A stretch of DNA of 64,000 nucleotides from Squalus acanthias (Eukaryota), in contig JASTWF010000035.1 of the NCBI GenBank assembly GCA_030390025.1, forward strand, positions 1,488,001-1,552,000, in the 5' to 3' direction. A model generated the notes under the pieces. It worked only from the letters and a program-made list of their open reading frames with translations. It ran no database searches and had not been told where the DNA came from. The translations under genes and the position numbers were made by a program. Of the stretch, positions 12,501 to 24,900 are shown piece by piece (positions within the stretch are counted from its first letter, which is position 1; each line of letters opens with the position of its first letter).

Positions 12501-13340
12501 AAGGCATCAAGGTGTGTGGGGAGAGAGCGGGAATATGGTATTGAGATAGAGGATCAGCCATGATCATATTGAATGGTGGAGCAGGCTCGAAGGGCCGATT
12601 GGCCGACTCCTGCTCCTATTTTTCTATGTTTCCATATATCTATTCACCGCCCTTAGACATTCAACGGCATTACCATCGCCGAATCCCCCAACATCAACAT
12701 CCTGGGGGGGTCACCATTGACCAGAAACTTAACTGAACCAGCCACATAAATACTGTGGCTACAAGAGCAGGTCAGAGGCTGGGTATTCTACAGCGAGTGT
12801 CTCACCTCCTGACTCCCCAAAGCCTTTCCACAATCTACAAGGCACAAGTCAGGAGTGTGATGAAATACTCTCCACTTGCCTGGATGAGTGCCGCTCCAAC
12901 AAGATTCAAGAAGCTCGACACCATCCAGGATAAAGCAGCCCGCTTGATTGGCACCCCATCCACCACCTTAAACATTCACTCCCTCCACCACCGGCGTACC
13001 GTGGCTGCAGTGTGTACCATCTACAAGATGCACTGCAGCAACTCACCAAGGCTTCTTCGGCAGCATCTTCCAAACCCACGACCTTTACCACCTAGAAGGA
13101 CAAGGGCAGCATGCGCATGGGAACACCATCACCTCCAAGATTCCCTCCAAGTCACACACCAGCCTGACATGGAACTATATCGCCGTTCCTTCATAGTCGC
13201 TGGGTCAAAATCCTGGAACTCCCTCCCTAATAGCACTATGGGAGTACTTCACCATGTGGACCTTCTCAAGGGTAATTAGGGATGGACAATAAATGCTGGC
13301 CTTGCCAGCGATGGCCACGTCCCAGGAACGAATAATAATA
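6580..13340 (+). mobile_element. CR1/Jockey-group LINE family B (APE + RT), decayed, hosting three nested insertions
   Basis: [47 protein letters not shown]; 3' tail caagggtaattagggatggacaataaatgctggcc. Interrupted at about 7862-7987, 8127-11622 and about 12190-12645. Confidence 0.88.
8127..11622 (+). mobile_element. Near-full-length CR1 (ORF1 esterase C-terminus and complete but frameshifted ORF2)
   Basis: VHIGTND esterase, then APE (GITETW, YRPP, GDFN) and RT in ORFs 8742..10232 and 10247..11530. TSD ttactc (8121, 11623). Confidence 0.93.
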
Positions 13341-13344
13341 AAAA

Positions 13345-16300
13345 AGCCCATGGAATTGAGGGCAAATTATTGACCTGGTTAGAAAATTGGCTGAGTGGCA
13401 GGAGACAGGCAGTAGGGATAATAGGTAGGTACTCAAATTGGCAGGATGTGACGAGTGGAGTCCCACAGGGATCTGTGTTGGGGCCTCAACTATTCACAGT
13501 ATTTATTAACAACTTAGATGATGGCATAGAAAGTCATATATCCAAATTTGCCGATGACACAAAGATAGGGACATTGTAGACATTGTAGATGGGAGCATAA
13601 AATTACAATGGTTATTGACAGATTAAGCAAATGGCAAAACTGTGGTAAATGGATTTCAAAGTAGGCAAATGTGAGGTTATCTACTTTGGACCAACAAAGG
13701 ATAGAACAAGGTACTTTCTAAATGGTGAAAAGCTAAAAACAGTGGAGGTCCAAAGAGACTCGGGGGTCCAGGTACATAGATCATTAAAATGTCATGAACA
13801 GGTATGGAAAATAATCATATATACATTGCGAGGAACTGGACATGGTAGGGATTACTGAGGCATGGCTACAGAAAAATTAGGACAGGGAATTAAACATTGC
13901 AGGGTATAACATAGAAAAGATAGAGAGGGAACAAGGGGAAATGGAGTAGCTGTACATATTATGGATAGCACAATGGCAGTAGAAAAAAATGATGCAGCTA
14001 TCAGCAAAACAGAAATAGAATCCATGTGGATAGAGATAAAAGATACTAAAGTATCAATCACGCTAATAGGGGTAGTCTACACCTGATAGTGGAAGGGAGG
14101 TGGAGGAAGAAATATGCAAACAAATTAGGGAAATGAGTAAAAAACAGAATAATAATCATGGGAGATTTCAACTACCCTGATGGTAATTGGCCAGAAGAGG
14201 TAGGTAAAGGGGATAAGGGAATGGAGTTCCTACAATGCTTACAGGCCTCCTTTCTAACCCAATATGTAAAAAGCCCAACAAGGGAAGATTCGCTATTGGA
14301 TCTAGTAATGGGGAATGAACCAGAGCAGATAAAAGAAGTAAAAGTAGGGGAACATCTAGGCAATAGTGAGCCATCATATAATACACTTTAAGATAACAAC
14401 TTGGAAGGACGTAAGTATGACGAAGAACAGGGTAATAGATTGGAGAAAAGCCAATTTTGCGGGGCTCAGAATAGAATTGGGAAAATAAAATGGACAACAA
14501 TATTGGCAAACAATGATGTAGAACAGCAGTGGGAAATATGTAAAATGGTGTTCAACAGATTCCAGGGAAAATAAATACCGCTAAAATAAAAGAACAAGCT
14601 AAACACCAATGAGACACCATGGATGAATAAAGCCATAAGGGAAAAATTGAGGGTAAGGAAAGAGGCATACACTAAGTACATGGACAGCAGGGGAGAGCAT
14701 GACAAGAGAGAATACTAAGAGATTAGGAGAGAAGTCAAAAAAACAATTAGAAAGGCAAAGAAAACTATGAAATTAAATTATCAAGGAACATAAAACAAAA
14801 TAGTAAAATATTTTACAGGCACATAAATTTAAAAAAGGAAAGCCGGGATGAGAATAGGGCCACTAAGGGATGGACAGGATAATATCACAGGCATTGATAG
14901 AGAGATGGTAGAAATATTAAATAATTACTTTGCTTCAGTATTTACCATGGAGACAGAACAGGTGGACATGACATTGGAGGATGAGATTAGAAATGAGATA
15001 GCTGCATTTAAAATAAACAGGCGAAATATTAAATAAACTAATGAAACTCAAAGAGGATAAAACCCCTGGACCAGACAAATTACATCCACGCATTTTAAAA
15101 GAATATAGGGAAGAGATAGCAGAGGCATTACTACACATATTTAATAATTTGTTAGAACAAGGTGTAGTGTCAGAGGACTGATGGATAGCTAACGTAATAC
15201 CGATATTTAAGAAGGGGGATAGAACATGTCCAGGGAACTATCGACCAGTCAGCTTAACATCGGTGGTCAGAAAAATAATGGAATCCCTACTAAAGGAGGA
15301 AATAGAAGAACATTTATAAACCAAATATAATAATGAACAGTCAGCATGATTTCAAAAGGGAAAGTCTTGCTTGACCAACCTCACTGAATTTTTTGAAGAG
15401 GTAACAGAGAGAGTAGACAAGGGTAATGCAGATGTAATTTATCTTATTTGCAAAAGGCCTTCGATAAGGTACCCCATAATAGAGTGATGAACAAGGTCAG
15501 AGAATGCAGAGTCAGGGGACAAGTAGCAGAATGGATTGCTGGCTGGCTTCAGGACAGAAAGCAGAGAGTAGGAGTAAAGGATAGCTATTCACAGTGGCAG
15601 AAGGTGGGAAATATAGAAACATAGAAGATAGGAGCAGGAGTAGGCCATTCGGCCCCTCGAGCCTGCTCCGCCATTAAATGAGATCATGGCTGATCATCCA
15701 AATTCAGTACTCTGTCCCTGCTTTCTCCCCATATCCCTTGATCCCTTTAGCCTTAAGAAATATATCTAACTCCTTCTTGAATATATTTAATGAATTGACC
15801 TTGTGTGGTAGAGAATTCCACAGGTTCGCCACTCTCTGGGTGAAGAAATTCCTCCTCATCTCAGTCCTAAATGGCTTACCCCTTATCCTTAGACTGTGAC
15901 CCCTGGTTCTGGACTCCCCCGCCATCGGGAACATCCTTCCTGCATCTAGTCTGGCTAGTCCTGTTAGAATTTTATAAGTTTCAATGAGATCCCCTCTCAT
16001 TCTTCGAAACTCTAGCGAATATAAGCCCAATCGACCCAATCTCTCTTCATACGTCATTCCTGCCATCCCAGGTATCAGTCTGGTAAATCTTTGCTGCACT
16101 GTCTCCATGGCAAGAACATCCTTCCTCAGATAAGGCGACCAAAACTGCACACAATACTCAAGGTGTGGTCTCACCAAGGCCCTGTAGAACTGCAGCAAGA
16201 CATCCTTGCTCCTGTACTCGAATCCTCTCGCTATGAAGGCCAACATACCATTAGCCTTCTTAACTGCCTGCTGCACCTGCATGCTTACAAAGATCAGTGC

Positions 16301-17295
16301 TAGGACCACTGTTGTTCAAAATTTATATTGGCGATTTAGACTTTGGAATCAAAAACACAATTTCTAAATTTGCAGATGACACCAAATTTCGAGGGTTAAT
16401 CAAAACTGTAGAGGACTACAACAAATTACAGGAAGACATTAATAAACTTGCAGAATGGGCATATAATTGGCAAATGAAATTCAACACAGATAAATGTGAG
16501 GTATTACATTTTGGTAAGAAAAATAGGGAGGTCACTTATTACTTGGAAAATAAGACTCTAAGTGGGGTAGAAGAGCAAAGGAATCTCGGAGTACAAATAC
16601 ACAAATCACTGAAAGTAGCAACACGGATTAACAAGGCCATAAAAAAGCAAACCAAGCACTAGAGTTTATTTCTAGAGGGATAGAATTGAAAAGTAGTGAA
16701 GTTATGCTAAACTTGTATCGAACCTTGGTTAGACCACACTTGGAGTACTGCGTGCAGTTCTGGTCGCCATATTATAAAAAGGATATAGAGGCACTGAAGA
16801 GGGTGTAAAAAGGATTTACAAGGATGATACCAGAAATGCGAGGGTATACATATCAGGAAAGGATGAATAGGCTGGGTCTCTTTTCTCTTGAAAAGAGAAG
16901 GCCGAGGGGTGACCTAATAGAGGGCTTTAAAATTATGAAAGGTTTTGATAGAGTAGATACAGAGAGAGTGTTTCCACTTGTGCGGAAGAGCAAAACTAGA
17001 GGCCATCAATATAAGATAGTCACCAAGAAATCCAATAGGGAATTCAGAAGGAACTTCTTTACCCAGAGAGTGGTGAGAATGTGGAACTCGCCACCACAGA
17101 GAGTGGTTGAAGGGAATAGTATAGATGCATTTAAGGGGAGGCTAGATAAGCATATGAGGGAGAAGGGAATAGAGGGTTATGCTGATAGATTTAGCTGAGG
17201 AAAGACGGGAGGAGGCTCGAGAGGAGCATAAACGCCGGCATGGACTGGTATAGCCGAATGGCCTGTTTCTGTGCCGTATATCCTATGTAATCCTA
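13345..17295 (+). mobile_element. Decayed CR1 ORF2 pieces with an antisense CR1 3' fragment nested at about 15610-16290
   Basis: Fragmented APE/RT ORFs (13370, 14158, 14848, 16297, 16824). The minus-strand ORF 15704..16309 is a CR1 C-terminus. Confidence 0.85.
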
Positions 17296-17296
17296 T

Positions 17297-17500
17297 TTAT
17301 CCCTCAACCAACATCACTGAAACAGATTATCTGGTCATTATCTCATTGCAGTTTGTGGGACCTTGCTGTGCGCAAATTGGCTGTCGCATTTCCTACATTA
17401 CAACAGTGACTACACTTCAAAAAGTAATTCATTGGCTGTAAAGCACTTTGGGACGTCCTGAGGTTGTGAAAGGCGCTATAGAAATGCAAATCTTACTTTT
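17297..17500 (+). mobile_element. 3' half of the same SINE family
   Basis: Collinear with 6228-6420. Confidence 0.8.
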
Positions 17501-17551
17501 CTCACTGAGTCTTTGGGAAATCCCTGGCCGTTAATCTGTTTATTACACATC

Positions 17552-17570
17552 CTGCCACCAGGTGGCGATA
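17552..17570 (+). promoter_or_regulatory. Candidate CTCF site
   Basis: tgCCACCAGGTGGCGata matches the CTCF core consensus, in non-repeat intronic DNA. This is a motif match only. Confidence 0.4.
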
Positions 17571-17857
17571 CACAGGCACCACACACATTACTGGGATCGT
17601 GATGCGGAGATGCCGGCGTTGGACTGGGGTGGACAAAAATGAGAAGTCGCAGAACACCAGGTTATAGTCCAACAGATTTATTTAAAATTACAAGCTTTCG
17701 GAGCTATGCTGCCCCTTCTTCAGGTAAAGTTACTGTGAGAGAATCTACAAGAATTCACAGAATATAAACACAGAGAAAATGCAGAGATACAATTTTTTTT
17801 TACATCAAAGACACACTAAGAGCACAGCCAAGACAATGAGATGTGTCCCAGGGGGTT

Positions 17858-18457
17858 CTACACCATGTTCTTCGCAGCCTTCAACATGTCATCGATGACG
17901 ACGAACACCTTGCTAAGGCCATCCCCACGCCTCCACTACTCGCCTTCAAGCAGCCGCCTAACCTCAAAAGTACCATCGTTCGCGGCAAATTACCCAGCTG
18001 TCAGGAGAAAAGCGACCACGACACCACACAACCCTGCCACGGCAACCTCTGCAAGGCATGCCAGATCATGAACACAGATACCGTCATCACACGTGAGGAC
18101 ACTACCCACCAGGTACATGGTACATACTCATGTGACTCAGCCAACGTTGTCTACCTGATACGTTGCAGTAAAGGATGCCCCAGAGCATGGTACATCGGCG
18201 AGACCATGCAGACACTGAGACAACGTATGAACGGACACCGCGCAACAATCGCCAGGCAGGATGGTTGCCTCCCAGTCGGGGAACACTTCAGCAGTCAAGG
18301 GCATTCAGCCTCGGATCTGCGGGTTAGCGTTCTCCAAGGTGGCCTTCGGGATACACGACAACGCAAAATCATCGAGCAGAAACTGATAGCCAAGTTCCGC
18401 ACTCATGAGGACGGCCTCAATCGGGATATCGGGTTCATGTCACGCTACAGAACGTGA
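17858..18457 (+). CDS. Penelope-like C-terminal Cys-rich linker plus GIY-YIG endonuclease (partial)
   Basis: PCHGNLCKAC, NVVYLIRCSKGC...WYIGET...LRQRMNGHR, VGEHF and GLN motifs in ORF 17843..18457. Confidence 0.85.
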   Translation, partial: LHHVLRSLQHVIDDDEHLAKAIPTPPLLAFKQPPNLKSTIVRGKLPSCQEKSDHDTTQPCHGNLCKACQIMNTDTVITREDTTHQVHGTYSCDSANVVYLIRCSKGCPRAWYIGETMQTLRQRMNGHRATIARQDGCLPVGEHFSSQGHSASDLRVSVLQGGLRDTRQRKIIEQKLIAKFRTHEDGLNRDIGFMSRYRT

Positions 18458-18702
18458 CTTGACATCGTTGTCTGTCTTTCCAGTTTTTTAAAAAAACAAA
18501 CACAAAAAACAAACACAAAAAACAAACCCAAATGGAGAGGATATGCAGCCAGCAGGTGTTTTGACACGTTGGACCCCCTGGGACACATCTCATTGTCTTG
18601 GCTGCGCATTAGTGTGTCTTTGATGTAAAAAAAAAAATTGTATCTCTGCATTTTCTCTGTGTTTATATTCTGTGAATTCTTGTAGATTCTCTCACACTAA
18701 CT

Positions 18703-18742
18703 TTACCTGAAGAAGGGGCAGCATAGCTCCGAAAGCTTGTAA
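18703..18742 (+). ncRNA. Minimal hammerhead ribozyme motif in PLE pLTR (inverted copy at 17688-17727)
   Basis: ttac-CTGAAGA-a-ggggc(agcata)gctcc-GAAA-gctt-gtaa: conserved core, stem I, stem II and palindromic AAGCTT in place of stem III. Confidence 0.72.
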
Positions 18743-19196
18743 TTTAAAATAAATCTGTTGGACTATAACCTGGTGTTGTGCGACTTCTCATTACTGGGAT
18801 CACCATTGAGCCTGACAGGAAGACTCCCAGCCTCAAACAGACCATCAATGTGACAAAACCATAATAAAACACACTGAAAAATAAACCTGCAAACACTCTG
18901 GTTCGTGACAGGTTATCTATTGTTTATAATATTGTTTATATATGGTTGGCATGTCAACCCTGGTTAATCAGTACAGAAAGTAAGTTTACTTTCTCTCCAA
19001 CACCTCCTCCTACCTCCGCCTGGACCATGACCCCACTACCGAACATCAAGCCACCGTTTCCAAGACCGTCACTGACCTCATCTCCTCTGGAGATCTTTCC
19101 TCCACGGCCACCAACCTCATAATTCCCCAACCCCGCACAGCCCGCTTCTACCTCCTTCCCAAGATCCACAAACAAGAATGCCCTGGTAGACCCATC

Positions 19197-19864
19197 GGGC
19201 AGAATTTTCATTGACCCGTGGAGGTGGGTTTGGAGGCGTGTGGGGGGTTAAAATTGTGAAAACTGGCGGGCGGGCACAAGCCCGCCTCCATGCAATTTTC
19301 ATTAAATCGTGTCTGCTGGCCCCGACTCCGTCCCTCCTCTAAGAGGTGGGATAGGCTGTTAAGGCCCTTAACAAGCACTAAATTGCCTGTATAATGCCAT
19401 TTTGAAAGGCCTTTGTGATTTTAAGCCTTTTTCTACGTGAAGCACGCCTGTTCTGAACCACGAATGTGCAACCTGGCGGTAGCACACTTGAATAGCTGAC
19501 TATCAGGTGCACTATTACAACAGGGGGGGGGGGTGTGTGGTGGCGGCGGTGGCGGTGGCGGCGGCGGTGGTGGTGGTGTTGGTACAGAGACATATCTGGG
19601 AGCAGACTTAGGGCTGCTGCTGCTCATTTTGCCTCCAGGTCCTCTCACAGCAAAGGCCAGGCAGTCTTTGCAGACCTTCAATGCAGCAGCAATGATGACA
19701 TCATCAGAGGCAACTTTCAGACTGAAAACACTAATTGGGTCATGGGTTCCCACATGCTGGAACTCAATTGCCCAATTAGGTGAAAATCGTATCAATCTCC
19801 CACATCCAATTGCAGTCGGGTGGATAACACGAACCCAACCCGCCCCAGTATCAAAATCCAGCCC
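19197..19864. mobile_element. Harbinger family-2 MITE inserted in the Penelope-like RT
   Basis: ATC|GGGCAGAATTTT...AAAATCCAGCCC|ATT. It splits the PGRP/IVS motif of the PLE, and both ends are homologous to 49810-53360. Confidence 0.85.
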
Positions 19865-21675
19865 ATTGTTTCAGCCTGTTCTTGCCCCATGGAACTTATC
19901 TCTTCCTATCTCGACTCTATTTTTTCTCCCCTTGTCCAGTCTCTTCCCACCTACATCTGCGACTCTTCTGACGCCCTCCGCCACTTTAACAGTTTCCAGT
20001 TTCCTGGGCCCAACCGCCTCCTTTTCACTATGGACGTCCAATCCCTCTACACCTCCATCCCCCACCAGGATGGCCTGAGGACGCTCCGCTTCTTCCTTGA
20101 ACAGAGGCCCAACCAGTCCCCATCCACCACCAGCCTCCTCCACCTAGCTGAACTTGTTCTCACATTGAACAACTTCTCCTTTGACTCCACTCACTTCCTC
20201 CAAATTAAAGGTGTTGCTATGGGAACCTGCATGGGTCCCAGCTATACCTGCCTTTTCGTGGGATATGTGGAACATTCTTTGTTCCAGTCCTACTCGGGTC
20301 CCCTCCCTCATCTCTTTTTCCGGTACATTGATGACTGTATCGCTGCCGTTTCCTGCTCTCGCCCTGAACTAGAACATTTTATTCACTTTGCTTCCAATTT
20401 CCACCCTTCTCTCACCTTCACATGGTCCATCTCTGACTCTTCCCTTCCCTTCCTCGACTTCTCTGTCTCCATCTCTGGGGATACGCTATTGACAAACATT
20501 CACTACAAGCCCACTGACTCCCACAGCTACCTGGACTACACTCCCACCCCGCCTCCTGTAAGGACTCTATTCCATTCTCCCAGTTTCTCTGTCTCCGCCG
20601 CATCTGCTCTGATGATGTCACTTTCCATACTAGTGTTTCTGACATGTCTTCCTTTTTCCTCAACCGAGGATTCCCCTCTACTGTGGTTGACACGGCCCTT
20701 AACCATGTCCATTCTATTTCCCGCACTTCTGCTCCACCCCTTCCACTCCCTCCCGGAACCACGATAGGGTTCCCCTTGTCCTCACCTTTCACCCCACCAG
20801 CCTCCACATTCAACGGATCATCTCCACCATTTCCTCCAGTGTGACCTCACCACCAAACACATCTTCCCCTCACCTCCCCTTTCAGCATTTCGATAGGACC
20901 GCTCCCTCCACGACACCCTGGTCCACTCCTCTATCACCCCCAACACCCCTCCCCCTTCGCCCGGCACCTTCCCGTGCAAGCGCAGGAGATGCAACACATG
21001 CACTTTTATCTCCTCCCTTCCCACTGTCCAGGGCCCCAAACACTCCTTCCAGGTGAAACAGCAATTTACTTGTACTTCTTGCAATTTAGTATACTGTATT
21101 CGCTGCTCACGATGCGGTCTCCTCTACATTGGGGAGACCAAACGCAGATTGGGTGACCGCTTTGCGGAACACCTCCGTTCAGTCCATAAGGGTGACCCCA
21201 AGCTTCCGGTCGCCTGTCACTTTAATTCTCCGCTCCACTCCCACTCAGACCTCACCGTCCTCGGCCTCTTGCATTGTTCCACTGAAGCTCAGCGTAAGCT
21301 CGAGGAACAGCACCTCATCTTTCGATTAGGTACTTTACAGCCTTCTGGACTCAACATAGAGTTCAACAATTTCAGACCATAACCTCTGCCCCTATCCTTT
21401 TTTTTCCATTTATTTTATTTATTTTTTTTATCTCTCTCCCACGTGGCAGCTGTCTTTCATTCTGCCACTGCCATTTACACTTCATCTAGAGCCATCTTTT
21501 ATTTCTTAACTTGTCCCATTACCATCTCCTTTTGCCTTGCTCCATCTCTTAATGTCTCTTAATCTCTCCTGCCTTCCATCCTATCACAGACCTTACCTTT
21601 TGTTCTTTCCTCCCCCTGCCCCCTTTCCCTGCCCCTGCACTTGTTTAAAAACCTGTTCCATCTCCAGCTTTTTCC

Positions 21676-21712
21676 AGTTCTGACGAAGGGTCATCGACCT
21701 GAAACGTTAACT
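21676..21712 (+). ncRNA. Minimal hammerhead ribozyme motif in PLE 3' end
   Basis: agtt-CTGACGA-a-gggtc(atc)gacct-GAAA-cgtt-aact, with palindromic AACGTT. Confidence 0.72.
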
Positions 21713-21999
21713 CTGTTTCTCTCTCCACAGATGCTGCCTGACCTGCTGAGTATTTCTTGCATTTTCTGTTTTTAAGTAAGTTTACTGCTCAGTTCACCCA
21801 GAATACTGACTTGGGCAGTGCTGTGCTCACATCCTGTGTCAATAAAGCGAGCGAGTCAGACACGCATCTCCCCGGGTGCAGGGGGCTCAGGTCTTCTGAA
21901 TGTACAGACTAACACAGGGCTCCCCATTGCAAATAGTGAATAACTGAAGAAGATTATAAAGCCCTGCCCCAACTCCAATATCGGTATAGTCCCCACAGA

Positions 22000-24900
22000 A
22001 TGAGACCCGGGAGAAATCCCAGGAGACATTGTCTACTTAGACTTCCAAAAAGCTTTTGACAAGCTTTTGACATAAGAGGCTTCTCTACAAGATCCAAGCC
22101 TCCGGTATTAGTGGTAATATATTGAGCTGGATTGAGAACTGGCTGGAAGGCCGTTGCAAGAAAGTAGTTATAGTCTGTTTGGAGACCTTACAGTAGGGTA
22201 CCGTTGCTCCTCACTATTTTTATTCATGATTTAGATGTGGGTGTTGGGGGCATATACAACCTTCAGAGAAAAACAATAAAGCAGGTGGAGAAACAAAGAG
22301 ATTTTGGCGTTCTAGTGCGTAGATCGCTAAATGTTCATGAGCAATGCCATGAAGCGATAGCTAGAGTGAATAGGGTGTTCGGGTACATTTATAGGACAAT
22401 TGGCTATAAGACAAAGCAAACTATTTTGTCCTTGTATAAGACCTGGGTCAGGCCTCAGATGGAATACTGTGTCCAGTTTTAGTCTCCTCACATGGTGGGT
22501 GATATTGAGACTTTGGAAAGGGTGCAGAGAAGGCTGCTAGATTAATAAGAACATAAGACATAGGAGCAGGAGTAGGCCATTTGGCCCTTCGAGCCTGCTC
22601 CGTCATTCAATAAGATCATGGCTGATCTTCTACCTCATCTCCACTTTCCTGCACTATCCTCATATCCCTTGATTCCCTTAATATCCAAAAATCTATCGAT
22701 CTCTGTCTTGAATATAATCAATGACTGAGCCTCCACAGCCCTCTGGGGTAGAGAATTCCAAACATTCACCATCCTTTGAGTGACAAAATTTCTCCTCATC
22801 TTTGTCCTAAATGGCCGACCCCTTATTCTGAGACTGTGACCGACCCATGATTCTAGACTCCCCAGCCAGGGGAAACATCCTCCCTGCATCTACCCTGTCA
22901 AGCCCTGTAAGAATTTTGTATGTTTCAATGAGATCACCTCTCATTCTTCTAAACTCCAGAGAATATAGGCCTAGTCTACTCAATCTCTCCTCATAGGACA
23001 ATCCCTCCATTCCCAGGAATCAGTCTGGTGAACCTTCGTTGCACTCCCTCTATGGCAAGTATATCCTTCCTCAGATAAGGAGACCAAAACTCTACACAAT
23101 ACTCCAGGTGTGATCTCACCAGGGCCCTATATAATTGCAGTAAGGCGTCTTTACTCTTATATTCAAACCCTCTTGTAATAAAGGCCAACATACCATTTGC
23201 TTTCCTAATTGCTTGCTGTACTTGCATGTTAACTTTCAGTGATTTGTGTACAAGGACACCCAGGTCCCTCTGAACACCAACATTTCCCAATCTCTCACCA
23301 TTTAAAAAATACTCTGCTTTTCTATTTTTCCTACCAAAGTGGATAACTTCACATTTCTCCACATTGTATTCCATTTGCCATGTTCTTGCCCACTCACTTA
23401 GCCTGTCTATATCCCCTTGAAGCCTCCTTGCATCCTCCTCACAACTTACATTCCCACCCAGCTTTGTATCATCAGCAAACTTGGATATATTACATTTGGT
23501 CCCCTCATCCAAATCATTGATGCAGATTGTGAATAGCTGAGGCCCAAGCACTGATCCAACTAGGAAGGAGGCATTGCTGGATCTGGTGCTGGGGAATGAG
23601 GTGGGCCAGGTCGACCAAGTGTCTGTGGGAGAACACTTGGGTACGAGTGATCATCGTATCATAAGATTTAGATTAGCAATGGAGAGGCGCAAGGAACAAT
23701 CTAGAGTGGAACTTCTAAACTGGAATAGGACTAACTTCAGTGGGATGCGAAAGGATCTAGCCAGGGTAAAATGGAACCAAAGACTGACAGGGAAAACTGT
23801 AACGGAACAATGGGTGATCTTTAAGGAGGAGATGTTCCAAGTACAGGCTAGGTACATTCCAACAAGAGGGAAAGGTAAGGGAAACAAAGCAAGAGCTCCT
23901 TGGATGACGAGGGAGATTGAGAAGATGACGAAACAAAAAAAGAGGGTGTATGATGAATGTCAGGTGAATTCTTCAAGGGAGAACCAGACCAAATACATTA
24001 AGTTGAGAGGGGAAGTGAAGATGAAAATAAGATTGGCAAAGAGAGAATATGAGAGTAGAATGGCGGTTAACATAAAAGGGAACCCAAAAATCTTCTACTG
24101 TCATGTAAACAGTAAGCGGGTAGTAAGAGGCGGGGTGGGGCCTATTAGGGACAAAGAAGGTGATATATGCTTAGAGGCGCAGGGCAAGGCTCGAGTACTC
24201 AATGAGTACTTTGTATCAGTGTTTACTAAGCAGGTGGATGCTGACAAAATATCGGTAGAAGCAACAGAAGGGGAGAAAATTGATAGACAGGATGTACTAG
24301 AAAGGCTGGGTATGCTTAGAGTGGACAAGTCGCCTGGTCCAGATCGCTTGCATCCCAGGTTGCTAAGGGAATTGGGGGAGGAGATAGCGGAAGGGCTTGC
24401 CATAATTTTCCAATCTTCCCTAGATATGGGGGAGGTTCTTGAGGATTGGAAAGTGGCAAATGTGACAACATTGTTCAAGAAAGGGTGTAAGGACAATCCT
24501 AGTAACTACAGTTTAACATCAGTGGTGGGTAAAGTTTTAGAAACAATAATCAAGGAAAAAATTAACGGGCACCTGGAGAGGTTTAAGCTAATTAAGGAGA
24601 GCCAACACGGATTTGTAAAAGGTAGATCGTGTTTGACTAATCTAATTGAATTTTTTGATGAAGTAACAGGGAGGATTGATGAAGGGAATGCAATAGATGT
24701 TGTCTGCATGGATTTTAGGAAGGCGTTTGACAAAGTATCACATTTTAGTTAACAAAATTGTGGCTCATGGAATAGGTGGGTCAGTGGCAGCTTGGATAAG
24801 GAATTGGCTTAAGGATAGAAAACAGCGAGTTGTGGTAAATGGGTGTTTTTCAGACTGGAGGATGGCAGACAGTGGTGTTCCCCAAGGGTCAGTGCTGGAG

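Larger units (their letters stand above)
17599..18788 (+). mobile_element. 5'-truncated Penelope-like element with inverted pseudo-LTR
   Basis: About 17640-17857 is the reverse complement of about 18572-18790. 13-bp TSD cattactgggatc (17586, 18789). GIY-YIG ORF inside. Confidence 0.92.
18991..21773 (+). mobile_element. Penelope-like retroelement (RT + GIY-YIG), 5'-truncated and frameshifted
   Basis: FYLLPKIHK, TMDVQSLYTSI, GVAMG, RYIDD, LPFLD; NLVYCIRC..CGLLYIGETKR (21053..21382). 13-bp TSD aagtaagtttact (18978, 21774). Confidence 0.93.
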
